Origin: Azolla caroliniana
Lineage: Eukaryota; Plantae; Polypodiophyta
Length of the DNA stretch: 64,000 nucleotides
Direction: 5' to 3'
Assembly (NCBI GenBank): GCA_043228905.1
Contig: JBHGNT010000010.1
Span: forward strand, 4,464,001-4,528,000
A program made the position numbers and the translations under genes. The notes under the pieces are model-generated. The model saw only the letters and a program-made list of their open reading frames with translations, was not told where the DNA came from and searched no databases. Each line of letters starts with the position of its first letter. The stretch's first letter is position 1. Shown here piece by piece: positions 14,401 to 28,925 of the stretch.

Positions 14401-14787
14401 ATTCAATACATTTTCTGCTTTAGGAGATAGGCAAGATAATGATCCGACATTGCATGATGGTACAATATATATGTAGTGAGCTGTAACAAGCGTGTACCAT
14501 CATATAACCGCCAATCCACCCAATGTGTAACCTTTGTTTTCAATGGCAAAGATCTATGCAACGATGGTATACCTTGTGATTTCTCTTGTCTTTGTCTTTG
14601 TCTCTCCTTCTTCTTCTTTTCCGCGTAACATGTAGTGAATATATTAGAGTACAGGAAAAACCTGGTCTGTCCTAATTACAAATAACGAGGATTAGTGTCT
14701 AGATTGGCATGGTCAACCTCTTAGAGTCTTCAAGGTACCGGCGGTAAAAGGACGGGCAGGTAAATAAAGGAGAGATCATCGAAGCCA

Positions 14788-14942
14788 GGAATGTCCGCCA
14801 GGGAAAATTCCCAAACAGGCGGAAATGTCCGCCCCGAAAAATTCCCAAACGGACGGAAATGTCTGCCCCGAAAAATTCCCAAACAGGCGGAAATGTCCGC
14901 CTCGAAAAATTGCCAAACGGGCGGAAATGTCCGCCCGGAAAT
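14788..14942. repeat. GC-rich 34-bp minisatellite, about 4.5 copies, each with a GGCGGA-AATG-TCCGCC hairpin
   Basis: Units start at 14818, 14852, 14886 and 14920, with a partial unit at 14788; consensus GGCGGAAATGTCCGCCCCGAAAAATTCCCAAACA. Confidence 0.92.
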
Positions 14943-15007
14943 CGTCTTGGTGGCCAAAGGCATAACACTCATTTTCTCTCTCTTTCTCTCTCTCTCTTTC
15001 TGAGAGC

Positions 15008-15015
15008 TATATAAA
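15008..15015 (+). promoter_or_regulatory. TATA box of the aspartate aminotransferase gene
   Basis: TATATAAA between CT-rich tracts, about 90 bp upstream of ATG 15100. Confidence 0.7.
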
Positions 15016-15099
15016 TGCTTGCCAACTACAAATTCTCTTCTTCCCCTCTCTCTCTTTCTCTCACTCTCTCTCTACACAGTTAGTTCATCATCATCGGCC

Positions 15100-18634
<3,535 letters not shown>

Positions 18635-18991
18635 TTGTGTTCTGATGTGTATTTTAAGTTAAATAATAACTGAATAAGATATGGAGAGTAAAGAAAGAAC
18701 CTCAAGATGTTCTTCTCTCTTCCATGGTTCTTCAAATTTTGTTCCACAGGTTATGTGTTACTCAGAAGAGAGAATAAAGTTTGAAACTAACTTCAACTTT
18801 TGGAGATTTGTTATGGCAATATAAATCAAACCCAAAACAATTCAATTTAACATTTGAGTTTTGGATATATGTTATAGCAATAGCTTACAACATACAAATG
18901 ATTTCGGTGATGGATGGATTACCATTCCGTAAGGTTTTGAGTCTTCGATACCGAAAGAAGAAGATGGAGAAGATTAAGGATTTTCTTTTCT

Positions 18992-19338
18992 AAGTTCTTT
19001 TTCTAAATTACATATTAAACAGTTTGACTTGGACAATTCTAAACCATATAAGTCAAAACCGAACTGTTGCTTGTGATATTATGGTGTGAATAAGTCACTT
19101 GTATACATTAAGGATAGGAGATTAAGAGAATACATTAAGAATATTAAGAGAATAGTCACTTGTATGCATTAGAAGAAGATTAAGAGAATAGATTAAGTAT
19201 TAGTCAATTCAAGTTCTTTTTCGAAATACATATTAAACTGTTTGACTTGGACAATGCTAAACTAGATAAGTCCAAACTGAATCGTTGCTTGTGATATTAT
19301 GGTGTGAATAAGTTACTTGTATACATTAAGGATAGGAA
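18992..19338. repeat. Direct duplication of about 128 bp downstream of the ASP gene
   Basis: AAGTTCTTTTT...CATTAAGGATAGGA at about 18992-19119 and 19211-19338. Confidence 0.75.
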
Positions 19339-21538
19339 TCAGCTACAATTGGTTTGGGCTTAATTTGCTTAACAGTGTCCAAGCTAAACTGTTCCAAACC
19401 TAAACCAAACTAAACCCTTGGCTTTATTGGTTTAATGTTATCCAAACCAAAATGGTTAAGCCTTAATTGGTTTATGAGATTTCCAACCTAAACCGAACCG
19501 TAAATCGGTTAAAGCTTAAACATCAATATTCCTAAAACTGCAAGAATAAACATTTCGAAATTTTGGTTTAAGGTTGTATTTCACAAACGTTAAGTATTTC
19601 AAAAGTCCAAAATTTCATGAGTCGTCCAAATATAAGAATTCCACAACATTATCCTATGCCATCGTCTTCAGGTATACAAATGTTTGTACCATCAAGTAAA
19701 TCCAACCACGATCTAATGTATATCTTCACCTTGAAGTGCTTAAATTCAACTAAAACCTGTCGTCAAAGTTATAAAAAGCTTCAAAGTTAGCTTCCTTTGA
19801 AGGCGTCGATGAAGTTGGAATTGTCAAATATTCCTAGGTCATCTTGTACATCCTTTGTAAAGCAGACCTATTTCAATTCATCAATTTGATAATATCATCA
19901 AATGTGTTTAAAACTTGTTACTAAACCAGAGTGAAGAGGGTCTATGTGAGTCTTTCTTTGTGGAAGCTTTAAGAAATCTTCAATGTCTCAACTTGTTAAT
20001 GATTCATCAGACTTCTCATGGATACCTAACTTTTTACAAAACTCCAAATGTTTTGGATAATATCCTTCAAATGTATCATTGGATGGAGAAGCATGGACAA
20101 TATTGGGATGATAGCTTGTGTTCAATATATTTTGGATCAATTTTATATCTGGATGTCTCTTTGTTGGATTACTTGGTTTTGGAACTCTACATCAAGATAG
20201 AAGACACTATTAGTAAATTGTTTTGAAAATGATACAATCACAAAAGATAAAAAAATGAAAAATGCCAATCTAACAAAAATATCTTGGGTCAAGAAACATT
20301 GCAATTCAAGATGGAATGGATTTTCATGATTCATCGTACATGATTAGATATTGTAAACATTTGTTACTAGCTTCTTGTTGAGCTTCAAGAGTGGTCTTCT
20401 TGAATGGTGACTCAATTGAGTCCACATCTATAGATATATAAATATTACAATGTGATAATAAATGACTGAATGTAAGTGTTACTATTGAGAGTGTTGGGTA
20501 CTTTGAGCCTCTCATGCAATTAATAAGCAATCATTTGGATGAGTTTATGATCAACAAACTCATGAACTTATGGCTTGTTGATACATTATTAGAGTTGAAT
20601 TCCATGTAGTAACTCAATCGAGACATGGTGGTCCTCGTGCTCCATTCTCATGCATATTTTTTTGAAATAGTTTTATTAATTTTAATTTTGTGTATATAAT
20701 GTAATTGTTTCCTTAACTTCATAGTAGGAGTAATAACCTTTAATGTAGACTTTATACTACGTTGATATTATGAAGCATGCATCTTAACATATGTGATGAA
20801 TTTGAAATGTCTTGTCCATGATGACTAAGTAACAACCTAGCCAATTCTTTTGATGCAACTATACTTTCACTAGTACCATCAAGTGTTGTGGATGGAAGAT
20901 GTCAAGAGATACCAAATGATTTTAGACATGAGAATAAAGCTCGTCCGATACATTGTACGACTCGATCTCTTGGAAAGACACTTAGAAAGTCTAAAAGCAC
21001 ACTAATCGGTTTGTTAGACTCTAAATAGACCCAAATAAAGTCATTGGATAAAATCCTTTCAAAATTCAAACCATTAGTTGCAACCCCATCATATGTCATA
21101 GCGTATCTAAAACTTTTTGAGGCAAATAAGTAATAAGTAATTGATAGAGAACGACATACATTCGTTATACTAATATTTTAACTATATGAGCTTATTAAGT
21201 TGATAACCTTGTGAGGAATCATGCACTAATCTTATTAAACTAGAGTACTCACATGTGCATGGCATTATCCGTGGGACAATAAGATTAAGGTGTGAAAGGA
21301 TCGTAAAAGTAAAGACTTGTGAAAGGGGATGAGTACGTCAAGATAAAAGAAGCCGAGCACTAGCAACCATGGGGAAAAGTAACCGACATACAATCAACAG
21401 TAAACATAGGCTATAAACTGAAATACAAGTAGTGTACTAATATGTAGCAGTGGCAACAATTGTAAATAGTCCACATGATGTATCAATATACATATACATC
21501 TAGGGCAAACATAGTAATGTGACGATAATAGAAAGACG

Positions 21539-21646
<108 letters not shown>

Positions 21647-21700
21647 GCCATAGCTGTGTGCGTAACAGCAAACGCCAAGAACCCTATGTGGGTGATACAC

Positions 21701-22220
21701 TCATAATCAGAGTGTTGTAATCTTTGCCTTGTACATCCATTGTATAGTGAAGTTTCTGCTCTCCCATGGTTTTCTCCCGTTTTAGGGTTTCCACGTAAAT
21801 ATCTGTATATTGTGTCGATGTGTGCCTGTGTTGTGTATTTTTTCAGCATTGTTTGATCTTGTGGTTTTATGAATCGATTCTCAACAAGAAAGGAGGCAAA
21901 GGTTGCCGGACTAAGCACCTCGTACCAACTCCGGATATCTCAAATTTAACTCAACTCAGGATATCTCATAATCAGAGTGTTGTAATCTCTGCCTTGTACA
22001 TCCACTGTACAGTGAAGTTTCTGCTCTCCCGTGGTTTTCTCCCGTTTTAGGGTTTCCACGTAAATATCTGTGTATTGTGTCGTTGTGTGCCTGTGTTGTG
22101 TATTTTTTCAGCATCGTTTGATCTTGTGGTTTTACGAATCGATTCTCAACCGGAAAGGAGGCAAAGGTTGCCGAACTAAGCACCTCGTACCAACTCCGGA
22201 TATCTCAACTTTAACTCAAC
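21701..22220. repeat. Tandem duplication, period 265 bp
   Basis: TCATAATCAGAGTGTTGTAATC at 21701 and 21966; copies end at 21955 and 22220. Confidence 0.9.
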
Positions 22221-25200
22221 GCAGAGACTGCCAAAGAGGCAATGAACACTCTCCGGGTCCAATATGAAATGGGCAAAGAGCTGGTGAAGGCATTAGTTGC
22301 AAAGCACTAACAAAAGCTGAATCTAAAGGTCGACGAGATACTCACTCGCGGTTGGAAAGAGTGGTCGACCCAAGCAGCCGAGTTACAGACATTCCAAGTT
22401 GATGCCAAAAATCGAAAAAAGGAAGGCTGCGGATTTTACAAAATGGACAAGAATAGCATTTAGATTCTCTGCGAAGACCTCACTGAGGAATTCCAAGCCT
22501 TGGCACATACACACACCAGGACCATCAGAAACCTCCTTGAGGAATTCAATGATGATCAATTGCTGCTAGCCATTGAAACGGAAGAATATGAACACGAGCA
22601 TCTCCGAGCCGAGAAGGAAGTTGAAGCCACGACACAAGCATCAATAGAAGTGTTTCCCGAAGGTGCAACACAAGAGCCGAAAGTAGAAGATGCGACGCAC
22701 CCAGACTGGGAGATCGAATCGATGGCTGAACAGGACACGGAGCCAAAGCAAGAGGTGGCTCCAGAAGCTATGGCAGAGGTTGCAGCCCAACTGCTAGGAT
22801 TATCGGCCGAGCTCCACCCAAGCGAGCCGAAGCAGGAGGAGGCAACTCAACTAGACGATGCCCAAGAGGCCACTTCGAAGTTGGTAAACCAAGGGCTAGA
22901 ACGTTCAACCATGCTCAAACCGAATGAACCAGAATAGGAGTAGGGCCTTCGGGCAATTTTGGAAGAAGAATAGTGTTTCATAGAATATTTTTTCGATTCT
23001 TTCATTTTGGATGGCAATAATTTCAAATTTTCGATGTCGATTGATTTTGGGATTCGACGTGCAAGGCACTGTCCCACGGGAGTGCCAGGTGTTATCGCGG
23101 GACAATAAGACTAAAGTGTGAAAAGGATCGTAAAAGTAAAGTGTGAAAGTGGACGAGTAGGTCAAGATAAAAGAAGCCGAGCACTAGCAGCCGAGGGGAA
23201 AAGTAACTGAAATACAAGGAGCCGTAAACATAGGCCGAGGATCAGGATAGAGTAGTTGGGACGTACCGATGAAGGAAAGAGCTATATAAATCGTGAAGTG
23301 GCGAAAACAGACAGAGACCTTTCTTAAGGGGATACAAAAGATATATCTACTTCGAGCTAGAGTGACTAAGCTTATAAATCTAGATCTGTATTGAGAGAGG
23401 GAGCGATATCGATTTACTCGGTTTGTACTACCAATGCATTATCTATTCAGTAATCAATTACGTATACTTTTTGGGTCCATCTTTGTGCATGTCTCGTTTC
23501 CAATTCCATTTCCAATTGTGCTATCTATTCTGTAAGTCGTGAGTACGAATCAGTTGTAGCCGATTCTTAGAGTGTCCAACCATAAAGGTGTAACGTTTAG
23601 CCCTACTCGGCCCTACCTTAGTCTCTTACGTGACCACGATTCCTTGACCCGATTACTCATGAGGAGTAATCGAAGGTGTTCCCCAAGAAAGGAGTAACAC
23701 ATGAGGGGCAACATTGTTGAAATTGTATACCTAACATAGAACTATCAAATTTCTTCTCTAAAGTACGAGATATAGCTAATGTAAATGCATCTATTTGCGA
23801 TAGGATAAGAACACTACTATAAGTTTGTGGTTGTCTTGTGTTATTAATATTATGTTTATCTAATAAATGTTTGGAAATAGAACATGTAGATGTTGAGCTT
23901 GATAATAACATGCGACAATAACACATCAATGTTTAAATGCATTCTAATTGTACCTTGTTTATGCTTTCCCAAATCTGCATCTACCGGAGACATTGCAATT
24001 TTTTTTAAAGAAAACAACAAGAAGTAGTTTCTTCTACTAAAATATGCATATTCCATCTTATCTTTTTTAGCTTAACAAGTACATCTCTTGTTATGTCTTG
24101 TGGGAAGATTTCTTGCTTTAGGGACCAAACATTTCCATCTTTCTAAGCACTTATTGGTGCATTTATACCTACATAATAAGTGTGCATCTTCTTGTTAAAT
24201 GCACCATCAAGAATACATTGAGTTGGTTGTGTATTCAAGCTTCTGGCCAATTTGGACTCACTCTTATTGTTAGTCTAATTTCTATCACATTGAAGCCAGC
24301 AATGAGCACATTTTCAACTAGTTGGTCATATTTTTTTGACACTTCAGGCACTTCTACAGCCCATAAAAAATGATGAAATATAGGTAGAATGATTCTATGT
24401 TTTTATGGTGGTGATGATGAATTTATGCAAATTCTTTTTATGGTATTTCACTATCTATTCCCTTGTATTTCCTTTGTTGTTTGTGACTTTGATGTGTTGC
24501 GACTCACAATGCTTGGTCTCTTTGAATAGTGTATTGTATACTTTCCTTCCTCACAATTATGTACACCCATCATGTTGTTGGTATTAACTCGATTATCACA
24601 AGGTTTTGCATGCATTTTCCAAAGTTTTTTTTTGTTTCAAGCATTCTCTCAACATTTTCTAAGATTTGGTATTGAAAGAGGCATTGTGTAATGGTTTCAT
24701 CAATTGGCACCCCTTGATTCTTGTTCATTTGCTTATTTATCTAGAGCATGTACGAAGTTATCCTCATGGTTCCATACTCTTATTCATCAATTGTGTAATG
24801 GTTTCATTTTCTTATTTATCTAGAGCATGTATGAAGTTATCCTCATGGTTCCATACTCTTCTTTCTTATGGATTCAACTATGAACCATGACACAAAAGGA
24901 TTTAGGAGTCAACAAAAGGAGGTGTACTTACTACTCAAGAGTTGACAACAAGTGCTAATGCTCCCAGCTCAAGAATTGACAAAAGGAGATGCTGAATCCT
25001 AATTGAGGAAGTGAACTAAGTAAGATGGGTGGATATGTCATTCTCTTGTTAGTGTTGGAATATTAATGTTATTCTACTCCAAATGCTGAGGTAAGAACTG
25101 AGTAAACTGTGTTGATCATGTGATAGAAGCTCAATTAAACCAACACCAACAATAATACTATATTGAAGATTTTACTTTGATAGGTAGGACAACCACTTGG

Positions 25201-25349
25201 GTGTGAATGATTGTACAATTGGCAATGACCTACTTGACCTAACCAATATTGTAGCTTCTTGCAATCCTCATTATCCACAAGAATGATATGGAAGGTAAAG
25301 TTGTAGATGTAGAGATTGTTGTCTTGGTGGCACTAGCAAAGACAAGGAT

Positions 25350-26612
25350 TTATGTCATAGTGGGTGTTAACCGTTGATCGTATCGGTCCTCCCGATTGTC
25401 GTCATACCGATCGTACTCATCATTCGCTCTATATTGTTCATTGTGGTACTGTTCATGGTCGTCCGATCTTCTGCGATTGTCGTGGCAGTACCGGTCGTCG
25501 TGGCGACGGTAGTCGTTGTTGTGGCGGTAGTCGTCATCACGGCACTGGCGATCCGGGGTTCGTGGTTGCTCGTTTGCCCAATGTCGGTATGACTGTCGTT
25601 CATCCTGCCAGGAGTACGTATTGCGCAGCTCGATCTGGCGAACCGGAGCCGTCATTGTGCGGTTGAGCATGTTGTATTCACATTGTGCGATCATGTGAGC
25701 TCGGGACTGACATATGGGGCAGTGTGGCCGGTGAGGGCACTCAAGAGCCAGATGGCCTAAGCCTGAGCAAGTAGTGCATTGAAGGGCTTGTTGGAAACAA
25801 GTGTCCTCCTGAGGAAGGGAGTTTTGCAAAGAGCCCGTGGAGAAAACTGTGGTATGCTGTGTCCGATCGATTGCAAGGACGCGTGCGATGACTTCCTCGA
25901 TAGTCTGGTTGGAGAAATCTGTAAGTGTGAGAATCGTTCGTAGAGGCTCCCGTAGGCTGGACAGGAAGGTATTCGGAATATGATGAGCGGAGACATCGTC
26001 GGTCAGTTGTCGGTAGAGATCCTGAAACCGGATCGTGAACTGGGCGACCGTCTCGTGATATTCTTGGCTCATGGAAAAGAATTGTCGGAGTAGTTCCCGC
26101 TTCGGAACTTGGTGGTGAAATAATTGTAGGAACTTTGTCCGAACGTCCTGGAACGTTGTGACCTCTCCCATGTCGAGGCGAGAGTACCATCGAGCAGTCG
26201 GGCCATCAAGGGAGAAAGCAAATTCTGCGAGTTTGGAGGCCTCGATTTCGGCAATCGATAACCGCTGTGTCGAGTGGTTGACCTGCCATGTGGACACGAA
26301 CGCTCGAGTGTGTAATTCTACGTCCGGGCTGTCGGTATACCGTGGGTAAGGGTAAGGCATGGTATCGAGATTCGGGTCCTCGAGTAAAGCCAGAAAAGGG
26401 TTAGGGTCAGGTTGGGTGACCGCTAGAGGGCTCGGCGGGGAGGTTGGTGCGGAATCAACTCGTGACTCGGTATCGGGTGGCGAGGATTGCAACCGGTGAG
26501 CTGCCGATAGTTCTTGGAACGATTGGTCAGTAACCGCCGAGTCGAAAGTTCCTTCGACTAGCTCAGGGTGTCGGGTAGGTGGCCGAGACCGCGTGATGCG
26601 ATTGGGCGCCGT
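25350..26612 (-). CDS. Retrotransposon Gag with two CCHC zinc knuckles
   Basis: ORF 25350-26492 (380 aa) stays open upstream to an ACG at 26610-26612. It has FAFSLDGPTARWY...FLQLF and zinc knuckles CTTCSGLGHLALEC and CPICQSRAHMIAQC. The last codons come from the deletion junction. Confidence 0.85.
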   Translation of the reverse strand, partial: TAPNRITRSRPPTRHPELVEGTFDSAVTDQSFQELSAAHRLQSSPPDTESRVDSAPTSPPSPLAVTQPDPNPFLALLEDPNLDTMPYPYPRYTDSPDVELHTRAFVSTWQVNHSTQRLSIAEIEASKLAEFAFSLDGPTARWYSRLDMGEVTTFQDVRTKFLQLFHHQVPKRELLRQFFSMSQEYHETVAQFTIRFQDLYRQLTDDVSAHHIPNTFLSSLREPLRTILTLTDFSNQTIEEVIARVLAIDRTQHTTVFSTGSLQNSLPQEDTCFQQALQCTTCSGLGHLALECPHRPHCPICQSRAHMIAQCEYNMLNRTMTAPVRQIELRNTYSWQDERQSYRHWANEQPRTPDRQCRDDDYRHNNDYRRHDDRYCHDNRRRSDDHEQYHNEQYRANDEYDRYDDNREDRYDQRLTPTMT

Positions 26613-27174
26613 AATGGCGCCTGGAGTTTGCTTCCAAACTAGTTCGCTGTGACCTTACAGCTATAATCGGGCGTGCCAAATTGTGTTAACCGTTTCTGGG
26701 AAAACACCTTCAATGAACCCACAGGCTATCGGTGTCAAGGGATTGTGTTACATGGAAGTCTCTTCTACACGGGGAGAAGAAAGGAGAACGAGGAGCATAA
26801 ACGGCTACAACCCATTAGGCATACACGAAGCTTGATTTACGAGTACGGGGAGAATACACAGATAGAAGAATAAAAACGAAAATTATATTAAATGATGAAG
26901 CTCGCAGTGATTACAGTACTCGGCCTCAACCAGAAACAGTTCGTACAGAACTTGTTGTTGTGATATTACTCTTGCTAAGAACGATCTAGCTAATCCCCCC
27001 TTGAGGTATGCATAACTTGGGTTATATAGTTTTCCCCTTCAGACAGAGCCGAGCCATCGGTTGATTGTGAGGGCTAAAACACGGCTATTTTTAGTCTTAC
27101 CTATTTCCTCAACTACTCTTCTACCTAACGACGAGTTTACATAATATATTTATATTTTTGGCCTATGGACAATA
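25365..27174 (-). mobile_element. Ty3/gypsy (Tat-like, tRNA-Arg primed) deletion derivative: 5' LTR, PBS, gag and an 11-bp 3' LTR stub
   Basis: 5' LTR 26684-27174 with minus-strand TATA at 27022-27029; PBS TGGCACGCCCGAT at 26666-26678 (minus). TGTTAACCGTT at 25365-25375 equals the LTR terminus. TSD GTGGG at 25360-25364 and 27175-27179. Confidence 0.88.
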
Positions 27175-28925
27175 GTGGGTGAGAGTAAAGAGGAGGTCAT
27201 AGAGCTCGGTGGCCAAGGAGGAATTGTCATTTAACTACCCAAACATGTCCACACTTAGCTACTCCCTCTTTCTCAATTTTAATCCCCCCTTCACATATGA
27301 CCCCATAACTCACCTCACTTATTCCAACATCTTCAACGCACCTCACTATTTTCTACCATTTTGTTTCCCAACATTTCCAACCTTGTCTCAACCTGAAATT
27401 GGTTGGTCGTCTCAAGTAGACCTTGACCAAATGAGTGCAAGTATTGGTAATGCTCAAACCTACACTAAACGACCCACTCAAACATGTCTCCTCAAGCATT
27501 GGCACTCTTCTTAGGCCCCATGTTTTGATCGACACTTTCATCTTTGCCCAATTCAATGAGAACTCGAAGCTTGAGCCGACTTCTGAGCGTAACTATGGTC
27601 TCTTCAATCCTAATATGGCACCTATTTATGTCAGCATCTTTGTTAAGGACATTCAATAACAGGTTTTTGCTATTGGTAAGAGTTGCCCATATGCCTATCC
27701 AAACAACAGCCATAGTATGAATAACAAGAATGGATGTAGATACTAGACATCAAAATGGATTTTGAAATGTATTAACATTCTCAATGAGGGGTACCGTTAA
27801 CAAACAAACCCGCGGGTACGACGACCATATCTTCTCTTCATTTTTCTTCCGTTGTTTCTCCTTCTCATAATTCATTCACCATTTAACATTCCCACACTTC
27901 CCTCCCAATTTTATTCATCCTCCTAAACACACACACACACATATATATGACTTTTATTTTGTTCCACTTCTTACATACTTTTACATGACTCATGGTTAGT
28001 TCTTTAAAGTATGTACATTTGGAATTTCTTCCTGCTCCTTCTCTTCTACTTCTTCTGAAGGATCCTCTGTTCCCAAGTAAGTCCTTTTTCTTTTTTCATT
28101 TCTGTTTGCCTCTCTGGAATGAAACCATTTCATCGTCTTTATGTCTGTAGGGTTTTTAGTTGTATATAATTTACACTGTAAGGACATGATTATGGTGTCA
28201 CTGCTCTGTAGTTGTGGATGAGGGGCTTATATTTCATGTGTTACAGAGAGAAAAGACTTTGTATGTTTATTTTCTGTCATTAAGAAAACCCCTCTGGGTG
28301 TTAGGCTGGCACTCGGATCAAATAGTACATCAAATTAAATAGATGACAATAATATGATAATATAGGAGCGGAGAAATAAATGACACGAGTATTTGCGTGG
28401 TTCGGCCAAATTAGCCTATGTCCACGGACAGGAGAGTGATTCCACTATAAGAAAATATAACAGAGAGTTTACAACAATTAGAGAAAATATTCTCTAATTA
28501 AACCCAACACCCAAGAGAATAACCTCACAATTCTCTCACAAGAATTTTCTCTCAAATAGTGTTTCCCAAACTCTCTAATTCTCTCAAATCTCACAAGCCT
28601 ACAACTCTTGGTAGTCTTCAATTTTCGGATGCCCCATCAAATGACTAAGGCTGCCTTTATTTATAGCCCTCACTTCACCGACTTTTACATTGTAATGATG
28701 CACGTGGCCTTCATATATTCACCAAGAGTGATGACTTTGCAATATAATCAACAAAGCATATAGCTTACTCATTAAGTCTTTCAATTAGTCATCATGCTTT
28801 GTGTAGATCATGCAGATGAGAGACGTGGCTTTCCATAATCCACAACAATTAATTCAAGTTAGTTTAACAAATCTCCACCTTGACTTGAATTTCATAGTAG
28901 TCTCGCTCCACCTTCGCCGGATAAC

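Noticed and set aside
14788-14942. CRISPR array (palindromic repeats of about 34 bp)
   Set aside because: Units are head-to-tail with no unique spacers, there are no cas genes, and the context is eukaryotic.
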